Shown here: positions 36,596 through 47,485 of the stretch, piece by piece
How positions within the stretch are numbered: the first letter of the stretch is position 1
Layout of the letters: every line of letters begins with the position of its first letter
DNA from: Octopus sinensis
Lineage: Eukaryota
Length of the DNA: 64,000 bases
Direction of reading: 5' to 3'
Assembly: GCF_006345805.1 (NCBI RefSeq)
Contig: NC_043022.1
Span: 16,988,001-17,052,000, forward strand
Program-made: the position numbers and the translations under genes
Notes under the pieces: model-generated
Databases searched by the model: none
Told to the model about the DNA's origin: nothing
What the model saw: only the letters and a program-made list of their open reading frames with translations

Positions 36596-37290
36596 GTCCA
36601 ATCCTGCCGTAGTAAAATTAAAAACCAATTAGAAAATCCACTTTGAATTGAGGAATTGTAGACTTTGCTCCATGTCTGAGGCCTGCAGTTTCTCTCCAAT
36701 TTTAAGCCATAAAACGGTTCACTTTGTTGCAATATTTGAAACCCTCCATCATCTCAACTAGCCAAAACATTCTCTGTTTCATGTTCAAACCAACCACATC
36801 TGACCTCTCACACCTATGCTACAATGTCATTCTAAAAATAAACAATCACATCACCAAAATCTCAAAGCTATGAGATAATGCAGGATTAATTTAAAGCAAT
36901 TTGACTAAATCAGGATTACATTTGACAGAATAAGCTGAATGTTGAAAGGTTAAACTAAGTTCTGATTTCGTTTTTGGATTGCAAGATTCTTTATATGAGT
37001 TTGTGTGTTGAAGCATATTCTGTTGTGTCTGGGGAGAGTCATTTTCTTTTAGTGCCTTATTGAAAAGGTTGCAAGATGCAACGAAAATTTTAGGAAAATA
37101 AGAATAAGAAGTAAATGGAAATTTTACCGGTGAGTGTGTTAAATTATAAGGCACCAAAAGAAAATGACTCTCCCCAGACACAACAGAATAACTTCTGATT
37201 TATAAGTCAGAATAATGATTTGATTAAAATAGTTCGTCTACTAATTAAAAGATTTCTTTTTTTTTACCATTTTCTGTCTCTCTCTTGCAG

Positions 37291-37377
37291 CAATTGTCCA
37301 GCTATACAGCAACCATTCGAGCAAAACCAGCTTACCATAAATTTCTCATTGGCACCGGAGGTAGTAAAATTAAGAAG
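37291..37377 (+). CDS. HDLBP: Vigilin coding exon 15: QLSSYTATIRAKPAYHKFLIGTGGSKIKK
   Basis: Matches human IRAKPEYHKFLIGKGGGKIRK; gcag / gtgagt; 87 nt. Confidence 0.97.
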
Positions 37378-38396
37378 GTGAGTGAATTTTGGGTTTAATT
37401 TTTTGTGCGTTTTTAGTGTTTTGTGGCATATTTCCAGTTTATAAAAGCTGAACGGATATTGTATGTTCAGTAATTAACAAGACAAATATAGAAAGCTTCT
37501 TGTTTGTCTGCACATCAAATTCACTGATCCCACACACAAACACATACATGTGTGTATATATGATCTTGACCACAAGTGTCAGCAATCATGGGCCTGCATA
37601 CTGAAGTCTGAGGGTTCATAATTTTTCCAGGAACAAGTGATGCCATCCCCTTCTGCTGGTTTACCTAGTTCCCTCTACTAGCCTCCTGCCTTCATGAGTT
37701 GTTCCTAAAGGTACAGGGCCCCTTAACCTTTCCAAGGGGACTGGTCCACATGGCATCAAAGCTTGTCCACACAATACTGAGTCAGTATAACACATATCGT
37801 GGGGGGTCTGCACCCCATCAGTTCTCTACTTTAACCATAGGACCATCTTCTGCTATTTGGTTCATGATTAAGACCTTTGTGAGACATTACCACCCTGGGG
37901 CCAGAACAGAGTAGTGGTGACCAAGAGGTAACTCCTGACTCACCAGCGCCCTTGAATTCTTGGATTGCAGTATTCAGCCCATCCCCTCTAGATGCAGTTT
38001 AATGCCTTGCTTGAGATAATTATTTTCTCCAAAAACATCCACAGTGGAGAGCAAAAAAGCCAAACCTTTGGCAAGCAGTAAGAGCGGTCAGTGGCTGCTA
38101 TATAAAAGTAATATATACATGCAAGATATAGCAAAAGGTACATTAAGATTTTCTGATTATTTATTTAGTATTATTATGATAATGAGAACTGGCTGAATTA
38201 TTAGCATACCAGACAAAATGCTAAACAGTATTTCATCCATCTCTACGTTCTGAGTTCAAATTCTGGCATGGTTGACTTTGCTTTTCATCCTTTCGGGGTT
38301 GCTGAAATAAAGCACCAATTGTGTGCTGGTCAGTTGGGCCCCTGTCCCTCAAATTTCAGACCTTGTAGTAAAAGGTATTGTTCCTATTATCCTTAG

Positions 38397-38531
38397 GTTC
38401 GTGAAAAAACTGGTGCTAGAGTGATTTTCCCCAATGAACATGACAGTGATCCTGAACTTATCTCGGTCATTGGCAAAAAGGAATCTGTGGAACAAGCCAA
38501 AGAGGAATTAGAAAATCTAATCAAAAATTTG
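38397..38531 (+). CDS. HDLBP: Vigilin coding exon 16: VREKTGARVIFPNEHDSDPELISVIGKKESVEQAKEELENLIKNL
   Basis: Matches human VRDSTGARVIFP...IIGKEDAV...LIQNL; ttag / gtgagt; 135 nt. Confidence 0.97.
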
Positions 38532-38594
38532 GTGAGTAGTCTTCATTCTTTACACTTGATCTTCTTCTTCTGTCTCTTGTTTAATTCTTGGTGG

Positions 38595-38925
38595 GTTTGA
38601 CTGCTACTAGTATTATTACTACAACTACTACTTCTATAATTATGCTATTACTATTACTACCCCCCACTACTACTATAATTATACTACTACTACTATTACT
38701 GTTACTACTACTACTACTTCTATAAGTATGCTACTGCTATTACTACCTCCACTGCAACTGTTATTACTACTACTACAACTACTACTGTAATTATGCTACT
38801 ACTATTATTACCCCCCACTACATCTTGTACTGCTGTAACCACAACAACCACCCCCCACCTCCACTACAACTTCAACCAGTTATTACCACCACTACTGCTA
38901 CTACCACCACCACCACCACCACCAC
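38595..38925. repeat. (ACT/ACC)n low-complexity trinucleotide tract
   Basis: Runs of tactactac, then accaccacc, filling most of the 449-nt intron between coding exons 16 and 17. Confidence 0.9.
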
Positions 38926-38980
38926 TTCCTTCTCTACTCTATTATTCATCCCCTGTCTCCCGTCTTTTTATTGTTTCCAG

Positions 38981-39199
38981 GACAACATTGTGGAGGGAGA
39001 GATCAATGTTGACCCAAAGCACCATCGTTATTTTGTTGCCCGTCGCGGTGGTCTTCTGCGGCAAATTGCTGAGGATTATGGCGGTGTCACTGTCAGTTTT
39101 CCACGGAGCGGGGTTAAGAGTGACCGTGTTGTTATTAAGGGGGCCAAGGACTGTGTTGAAGGGGCCAAGCGCAAGATTCTTGAAATTGTTGCTGACCTG
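38981..39199 (+). CDS. HDLBP: Vigilin coding exon 17 (degenerate KH, ARRG): DNIVEGEINVDPKHHRYFVARRGGLL...ADL
   Basis: Matches human VDPKHHRHFVIRRG...YGGVMVSFPRSG...KGAKDCVE; ccag / gtgagc; 219 nt. Confidence 0.97.
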
Positions 39200-40207
39200 G
39201 TGAGCATTTCTTTAGCTTTTTCTCTTGTGTGTGTGTGTACAACGGTGCATGTATGTGTATGTAGAGATCATTATAATTGTTTTAATGTCCACTTTTCCAT
39301 GCTTGCATAGAGTGGACATAGTTTATTTGAAGCAGATTGTCCTTCCTCTTGTCAACCCTCACCTCTTTCCAACCAAGGTAATAGTTTCCTGTGGCCAGAC
39401 ATGTTTTAATGGAAGACTGGAGATGAATGACACCGCTTACATAACAATGACACTTGTTTACAACTATCAAACAATGTCAGGACAAGGACACACACACACA
39501 CGGACACATGCCTTCTTTTGTTTTCTGATTGCCAAATTCACTACTCACAAGGCTGACCAAAGTAGAAATCAATTATCCAAAATGCCACACTTTGAAACTA
39601 AACCCAGAACCATGTGTTTGCGAGGCAAACTTCTAACCACACAGCCACTCCTGCACTTACAATGTTCGCTAATTAATTTCATTATCCATGCTAGCATGGA
39701 AAGCGGATGCTAAACGATGATGATGATTTTAATGGAAGTTCTTGTAAAATAACCAAGCTGTTGAAGGGGAGGTAACCAATACAATCTGATCAGAATTTGT
39801 TTCATTACTGCTTAATGAAATAATTTTCTAAATTTGACAAAGAGCCTTGCCCAAACCATTTAATCATTCCTCTGCCTAAGAAACATCTAAAAAGTCTTGT
39901 CAGTTTGCCTCATGGTCCCAGCAGACAAAATGGAAAAGTGTTGCTTTGGAAGTTGGTGAGGAAGATGTGCTGGAACAGCCACTCTGACTTACAGGGATCA
40001 CACTTGCAGCTAGCCATCTCCATCCCTATAGTAGTGAACAGGGATGAGGTCTGAGGGCCAAGAATGCCAGTGGTTTAGTCAGAGAAATACAAACAAAAAT
40101 CTAATTAAATAAATGACGTTAATTAGTTCTTCTGAATGTCAGGAATGAGTTTACTTTAAAGAATGACAGTTTATCTTTCCTTTACAATATTTTTTCTGTT
40201 TTCGTAG

Positions 40208-40346
40208 GATGCACAAGTTGTTGTCGAATGTGTGATTGCACAGAAATACCATCGTACCGTGATGGGTGCCAGGGGGCAGAAGGTGCAGGAAATAACCCGT
40301 CAATTTGATGTTGGAATTAAATTTCCAGATCGTCCAGTTAATGGAG
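40208..40346 (+). CDS. HDLBP: Vigilin coding exon 18: DAQVVVECVIAQKYHRTVMGARGQKVQEITRQFDVGIKFPDRPVNG
   Basis: Matches human AQVTLECAIPQKFHRSVMGPKG...IKFPDR; gtag / gtaaag (phase 1). Confidence 0.96.
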
Positions 40347-42239
40347 GTAAAGAATTTCACGTTTGTGTGTGTGTATGTATATGTTTGGGCTTGTGTGTAC
40401 CTGTGTTTCAGTCTGTGTGTGTATGCATATATTTATTTGTGTATTTATCTTTCTTCAACAAACACTGGCAACAAAACCATAAACTTTTTTTTTCTTTCAA
40501 ACACCCCTTTGTGATATTTGTTTCACCCAAATTATACTTCTTTGTCCTTTTTGCTCTCATAGCTGTAGTGAACCAGTGACTGGCCTCTGGTAACCAACAA
40601 CTCCCATTACATACAAACTACAACATAAAGTAACAAAATACTTGTGTTGTGTCACCTTCCCAATATTAATATTTTATTCAAGGTTGCAACTTTTATGCAT
40701 CTGTCTCACTACTATTTGGGGTCAGCTTTAGATCAGTGGTCCTCAACCAAGGTCCACATGGCCAATGGGTAGGGTAGGGGCATATGAGATTTTGTTGTTG
40801 AAATTTATGTGCAATAAATTTCTACAATATGCCAAATATTTTAATTTTTTGTATAATTGTAATAATATTTGATTACAAGAAAACAGTAAGATTTTGTTTT
40901 AAATACATTGAATGGCTATGGAGGTCCAGTAGATTAAAATAGGAAGCAAAAGGGTCGGTCCATAGGCAAAAAGTGGTTGAGATTTAGATTGTCTTTGGAA
41001 GCTGTTTGAAGAGGTGATGTGTGGGTGTGAGAGAGAGGTCCCTGTTTACCTCTGTGGCCAGTCAAGCCTGTGTCACTGTACAATCTGAATGGGGCTGTGG
41101 ATTCCAAAGTGGATTTGTGATCAAATACTTGTCAGTCAGTCAGTCCAGTAGATGGGATTTCACCTCAGTGAGAGAAAGCAGGGCAATGCTCTTTAAAGCT
41201 GTTGAGAGGAAGGCCCTGAAATGATGTACATTTTCTCCTGAAACCTATTGGCGTCTGGTATGCAGAATTTCCAACTGACAAGCAAGCTGTATCCAAGCAT
41301 CTCTCTCTTCCTTGTGAATTATGTTGTTATTGTTCTTAAACTTGTGCAGAACTATCATCATCTAAAGTTCATTTTTCATGCTGGCATGGGTTGAACGGTT
41401 TGACACAAGCTGGTAAAGGCCAGGAGCTGCCAGCTTTGGCATGGTTTCTACAGCTGGATGCACTTCTTAATGCCAACCACTTTACAGAGTGTACTGGGTG
41501 CTTTTTGCATGGCACCAGCACAGCACTATGGTCAAAGGTTATCCAACTACAGCCATCCTGACTTGTTTCAAACATAGTTTCGAGTGGGCAACATTACTTT
41601 GTACACTTTTTTTTAAAGCGTATAAGTGTAATTTATGAGGGATTTTGCTGTTATTTTTAGCAGATCTTGTAACTGCATAGAGCAGTTTTTGAGAAGCTGG
41701 CCACATGAGATAAGTCTCCTCATTAGACAAACCTCACTGCTAAAACAAAATCGCAGGTAATTTTTCATTGACTTGTCATTCAAAAAGTCATGATGGCCAC
41801 AGGTTGCTCATGGCTGGTGCAGAGGCTCCCCAACACTTTTAATTCATTGGGGCATAAGGATTTCTTAAGATTATATAAAAAAGAAACACTCAGAACTTGT
41901 CGAGTTTGTTTTGGTTTTTCATTGAGGTTTCCCTGAGTTATCTTTCCTTAGTCTTCTGAAACGAAATTTCAGAAAATGTCCCTTTGTTGTTCCGAATGCA
42001 TTCAGAACATCCATTGCTGAGTTCCAAATAACTGTAATGGTGAAACACTTGTAGGAACTAAATATTTATACTAATGTTTATTGTAATTTTCCACAACATT
42101 GGCTCTGTATATCATAACTAGCAACACTATTGAGCACAGCAGTTGACTAACCATCATATTAGAAGCTGACTGGATGTTGACTATTTGGAGCTCTGACTCA
42201 TATGGTAGTAGTTGTACACCTAACTGTATATACGATATA

Positions 42240-42472
42240 CAAGGCGGCAAGCTGGCAGAAACGTTAGCACGCCGGGCGAAATGCTTAGCAGTATTTCGTC
42301 TGCCACTACGTTCTGAGTTCAAATTCTGCCATGGTCAACTTTGCCTTTCATCCTTTCGGGGTCAATTAAATAAGTACCAGTTACGCACTGGGGTAGATGT
42401 AATCGACTTAATGCGTTTGTCTGTCCTTGTTTGTCCCCTCCGTGTTTAGCCCCTTGTGGGTGTAAAGAAATA
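42240..42472 (+). mobile_element. Young full-length tRNA-derived SINE (family A) with 15-bp TSD
   Basis: Same head and body as 13567; TSD tgtatatacgatata (42225-42239) / tgtacatacgatata (42473-42487). Confidence 0.88.
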
Positions 42473-42566
42473 TGTACATACGATATATATGTGTGTGTGT
42501 ATTTGCACGCACATGTATATTCGTATGAACCTTCACTCCCCTAACCTGTTGTTCTTCTCCTTCCAG

Positions 42567-42733
42567 AGCGTGTCACAATTACCCCTCCTGAAGATGATGC
42601 AGCTACTGCTATCCCCAATGGAGATGTGATTCCAAACGTGGAACCGTCTCTGGACTCTGGCACTAACAAGACCGACGTAATTCTCATCACTGGCAAACCA
42701 GAAAACTGTGAAGAAGCTAAAAAGGCATTACTG
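42567..42733 (+). CDS. HDLBP: Vigilin coding exon 19 (variable loop, then DVILITGKPENCEEAKKALL)
   Basis: 3' part matches human DIIIISGRKEKCEAAKEAL; ccag / gtgagt; the phase closes the frame. Not listed in the supplied ORF track on this strand. Confidence 0.93.
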
Positions 42734-43154
42734 GTGAGTATCCTTTTCACTGTTTGATAATTACGACTGTAATGATGAGGGAACATGGCCTGGTGCTTAG
42801 TGTTACAATCAGGGTTGTGAGATCATGGTTTCAATTCCTGAACATGGCACAATGTGTTGTGTTTTTGAGCAAAACATTTCATTTCATGTTCTTCTGTGAC
42901 CACTTTGACACCTGATGTATGATATACTGTGCACCTGTACAGGTAATGATGATTTGATGAAGTGAGCTAATGTGCAACATGAACATTTGATCACTATAAA
43001 CTAATCATTTGTGCAGATCTTTCAGCAAGAGACTGCAGAAGCATCTTTGTCAGCTCTGAGAGACTGCCTAGAAGATGATGATGTCACTAGAACATTGTGA
43101 AATCACTCCGATATCTATATATATTTATATTGAAGTTAGATAAGGCCAGATTAT

Positions 43155-43190
43155 GGGATTACCTTAGGTTTCACATGTCGTCAGATCTCC
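43155..43190 (-). ncRNA. Minimal hammerhead-like motif with intact catalytic core
   Basis: Minus strand GGAGAT-CTGACGA-CATGT-GAAACCTAAGGT-A-ATCCC; stem II nearly absent. Confidence 0.4.
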
Positions 43191-43981
43191 AAACCTGTTG
43201 GCTTATCCTTAAACAATGTCCTATATACATGTGATAGGACATACCAATATCCATATGATATCACTAATATTTCTGGAATACCTGATTTGTCACTAGGATA
43301 CACTGATATCACTGTGATGTAGATGTGACTAAGGTATGGTGATAATCATTAAGATATCTTTGTTGGTCCTGTTCACAAAGATTTTCAAACAGAAGAACAT
43401 AAAGATAAGCGCTTCCTTCCAACTTTCATTTCATATTCAGTCAGTGGATATTTCAAAAGGAAGCCAGGCTTGGTTTAGCAGCTGATGATCAGAAACGAGC
43501 AACTCTGCGTCCTGGAAGTCAGACTTGGATATATACATCATCATCATCATCATTTAACATCCATTTTCCATGCTGGCATGGGATGGACAGTTTGGCAGGA
43601 GCTGGCAATCTGGAGGGCTGCACCAGGCTCCGTTTGTCTGTTGTAGCATAGTTTCTACACTTGGCTGCCCTTCCTAATGCTAAACCACTTTGCAGTGTAC
43701 TGGGTGCTTTTTTGTGGCACCATAAACATATGTATTTACTCCATATTTGATGGCATATAAAACATATTTTTTCCCAAAAAATCACCTCTAGGTGCACTTT
43801 GGCCTCTCATATCCTTTAATATACTAAAAACATTTTTATCCTGAAATTGGGGTTTGTCTAATTTTTCCATGGGTCTTTGATGCCATCAAATGTGGTAAGT
43901 AAAATTGTTTAAGGATTTGCTAAATCTCAGTCTGTCTTTGTCTCTTCCAATTTCTTCATTTGTTTCTTGGTTTTTGTCTAG

Positions 43982-44221
43982 GCTTTGGTCCCCATCACCT
44001 TGGAAGTGGAAGTACCATTTGAATTCCACCGTTTCATCATTGGTCAAAAGGGTAAAGATGTGCGCAAGATGATGGAGGATCATGAAGTCAGCATCACTGT
44101 GCCACCACCTGAAGAAAAAAGCAACATTATTAAAGTGACAGGCCCTCCAAACAATGTCCAAGGGGCTAAACAGGCTCTGGAAGAGAGGTGCACGGCTTTG
44201 GAGAGTGAGAAACAGGACAGA
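43982..44221 (+). CDS. HDLBP: Vigilin coding exon 20 (KH, GQKG): ALVPITLEVEVPFEFHRFIIGQKGKDVRKMM...QDR
   Basis: Matches human ALVPVTIEVEVPFDLHRYVIGQKG; ctag / gtacgt; 240 nt. Confidence 0.97.
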
Positions 44222-45426
44222 GTACGTACTTTCCATCTCTCCCCTTCAACTTCTTTCTCCCTCCCTTTCTTTACTGTTGTGTCAGCAACCTCTGTTCCCA
44301 CAGCGACATCCTCGTTACGCTGGCAGGTAAAAGAAAGTTAAAAAAGGTCATTCCAAGCCCCCCCCCCCCCCCCCCCGCCTTCCTTTTCTTTCGGACTTTC
44401 CTCTGCCTCCCATTCCTGAAGAAGAGCTGTGCTCAAAACATAAAACACCCTTTCTATTTTTTCCTCTGCATTTTATTAATACTTTGCATGTACCACGTCC
44501 TCACGTTGTTTTTTTCTGTTTTTTTAATTTTTTATTTACTATATATATCAGTAAGAACTGTAGCTTAAGTGTATGATAACTAAGTGTCTGTAATAACTGG
44601 TCATGTCAGTGATGGCCTCTGTTTTCAGCTAATTTAATTATTACTGTTGTCACAATTGTAATCTGTCAATGTAATTCAGATCCAAATACCTGTAATTTAC
44701 TGGGGCCTAAATATTTAGGTCTTGCACAGCAGTGGAATTGGTTCCATTCTTCTCATTGTTGACTACAAATGTTTCTCAATTGACTTCGTCTTTCACCGTT
44801 AATTCACAATTTACTGACGTTACATTTAAGAAATTTATTTCTATTTATGGAAGAAAATTCTGTTAAATGTCAAAAGCCTAAAATATAAAACACAGAGGAC
44901 ATTTTTGTATATTTTAGAGGAGCCACATGGCTTAGTGGTTAGGGTGTTGCACTCACAATTGTAAGATTGTGGTTTCAATGCCGGGACCGGGTGAGGAGTT
45001 GTGTTCTTGAGCAAAACACTCCATTTCATGTTGTTCTAGTTGACTGAGCTAGTAAAATGAGTTGTCCCACAACTGACCGGTGTCCTGTGCAGAGAGGAAT
45101 ATATGTGCTAGAAAAACTGGGAATTGGCTCTAAACTATTTATGGACTGATGGGGACTCTACCGTAACCATTTTGTATATCTTTAGTATTTAAAAGTCGTC
45201 CTGTATAGTTTACTTGAAAAATACCAGGGTTCATTTCATCATGTCCCCTTTTCCTTTAATTTATGGCCTTACATCATTATTAGGTAAATTTTCTCCCAGC
45301 AGATACAGAGGCCCTAGAACTCATGTTCTCTGCTCTTCCTTTTGGTTACTACTGTTGTGAATGGATCCCAAACAGTCTGTCATGTTCAAACTGATTGTTA
45401 TTGTCGTTCTTCGCTTCTCCTTTCAG

Positions 45427-45645
45427 CTGTTGCGTAGTTATAAACTGGAGGTTGAGGTGGACTCTCAGTATCACCCAAAGATTATTGGCAGAAAGGGAGC
45501 TGTTATCTCCAAGATTCGTTCAGATCATGATGTTAACATCCAGTTCCCTGAACGAAACGAAGTTCAGAACATCATCACCATCACAGGATATGAGAACAAT
45601 GCCAACTTGGCGAAGAAGGCTATTCTTGAAATTGTCCATGAGTTG
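45427..45645 (+). CDS. HDLBP: Vigilin coding exon 21 (KH, GRKG): LLRSYKLEVEVDSQYHPKIIGRKGAVISKIRSDHDVNIQFP...HEL
   Basis: Matches human YHPKIIGRKGAVITQIRLEHDVNIQFP; tcag / gtaggt; 219 nt. Confidence 0.97.
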
Positions 45646-46480
45646 GTAGGTATTTCTTTTAAAAGTCTTTCTCTGTGTCTTTATTTGCTTCAGTCATTGG
45701 ACTGTGACCATACTGGAGCTGATAGATTAAGATACAGGGAGATTAACAATCCAACTTTGGCTGTCAAGGGAAACAGATTCAAATGTTGCAACACACTCAC
45801 ACAGATGTATCCCGAAAGAAGTTTGGTGTGGAAACAAAGCATGTGCAATCATTCATGTTTATATTACTAGAGCTGCTTTTAATTCCCTTTCCCATGTGCC
45901 ATGCTGCAGCACATCAGCAAACAGACTCACTCTATTTCCATATAAGTTGTAGATCAGAGATTCACTTTGTTCTGAGATGATCCAAGAACATGATATTGAT
46001 TAAGCCACAATAATGGCAGGGATATTGATATCTGCCATTCTCAGTGATTCTGAGGCAAGTTGTCCCGCCTGATCTGTGACATTCGGGTGTTCTTTAACAC
46101 TCATTGTGTAGAGATCTTTCCCAAGAGGTATACAGCAGCAAATAAACAAAACACATACTATGTATGTGCAATTGATAATATATTTATACACACACACACA
46201 CATGTATACATACACACAAGAAGTTTCCAGTTTCCATCTACTAAATCCATTCACAAGACTTTGGTCGACCTGGGGCTGTATGTAGTAGAAGACACATGCC
46301 CAAGGTGCCATGCAGTGGGACTGAACCTGAGACTGTTTACCACACAGCCATCCCTGATGCATAATCTATGTGGGTGTGTCTGTACTTGTGCTCATATATG
46401 GGTGTATATCTATTTTGTATGTGGGTGGAGTGTTTGTATATATTTATATAAAAACGTCTGTGTTTAAATGTGTCTTGCAG

Positions 46481-46699
46481 GAGGATATGTCAAGCATCAA
46501 CGTGAAAATTGACCCTCGTGTCCATCCACGTATAATTGGTACGAAAGGACGCAACGTGCGACGCCTGATGGACGAGTACAAGGTGGACATCAAGTTCCCA
46601 CGCCCAGACTCAGATGAGCCAGACGTGATTACCATCACCGGCGCTGAAGAGAGCTGTTTAGATTGCCGAGAATATCTTATGGCTTTTGAAGAAGAATAT
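46481..46699 (+). CDS. HDLBP: Vigilin coding exon 22 (KH, GTKG): EDMSSINVKIDPRVHPRIIGTKGRNVRRLMDEYKVDIKFP...EEEY
   Basis: Matches human DHRVHARIIGARGKAIRKIMDEFKVDIRFP...EEEY; gcag / gtaagt; 219 nt. Confidence 0.97.
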
Positions 46700-47263
46700 G
46701 TAAGTAGCTGCCGTAATGATTCTTGATTTTTGTCTTTGGATTATATTTGTGGGAAGTGGTGGCAGCGACAGACAGGCCTAGAATTAAAGAAGACAAGATT
46801 ACTCCTGCAGCCTTTAATCCTTTAACCTTCAGATTAACTCTGTCACATGTAATGCCTATTTATTCATATTGTTTTGAATTAATCTTGGATTATTTCAGCT
46901 TTGAAATTTCAATGATGTGATTGATTATTTTTTGAATAACATTGTTGGGTATGTGTGACAAATGTTACTGTCCACGCATGATGTGTCCGTGTCCACATGT
47001 GTATGTGTCTTCTTGTCCTGACATCAAGAGTTTGTTGTAAATGAATGTCACTCCTTCCCAATATTCTGCAAAAACATGTCTGGCCGCAGGGAAATCTTAC
47101 CTTGCTTGGAAACAAGGGAGGCTTGGTGACAGGAAGAGCATCCAGTCATAGAAAATATGCTTCAATAAACTCCATCTAACCCATGCAAGCATGGAAAAAT
47201 AGATGTTAAAACAACGATGATTTATTTTATATATCTTTTTCTTTTTTTTTTTTTTTTCAACAG

Positions 47264-47485
47264 CTCCAAGATATCATTGACCAAGAATATCTGAAGGAAC
47301 TCCACGAAACACCCAGCCGACCCGATGTTAATGGGGCGCCAAAAGAATCAAAAGGTTTCTTTGTGAAAGACGCCCCGTGGGACAAAGTCCCTGACACCAA
47401 CAGTACTGATGAGTTCCCATCCTTCGGAACTGTCGTGCCTCTGCCAAAACCATCCCAGGCTTGGGGGCCGCTCAAGCGAAAATAA
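47264..47485 (+). CDS. HDLBP: Vigilin terminal coding exon 23: LQDIIDQEYL...GFFVKDAPWDKVPDTNSTDEFPSFG...AWGPLKRK*
   Basis: Matches human C-terminus GFVVRDAPW...EEFPSFG...PWGPKR; long pyrimidine tract + cag acceptor; TAA at 47483-47485. Confidence 0.96.
   Translation, partial: LQDIIDQEYLKELHETPSRPDVNGAPKESKGFFVKDAPWDKVPDTNSTDEFPSFGTVVPLPKPSQAWGPLKRK

Larger units (their letters stand above)
18039..47485 (+). other. HDLBP: Vigilin / high-density lipoprotein-binding protein gene (multi-KH RNA-binding protein); span of 23 coding exons, 1249 aa
   Basis: The spliced translation is colinear with vigilin from TYDEAFPAL (human TYKDAFPPL) to KDAPW...EFPSFG...WGP. All 22 introns are GT-AG, phases are consistent, and the summed CDS is 3750 nt with no internal stop. 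Confidence 0.97.

Noticed and set aside
19619-37362. Other A-to-G differences from human vigilin (I55V, GKK versus GEK, GGS versus GGG)
   Set aside because: Conservative or variable positions; no reason to invoke editing.
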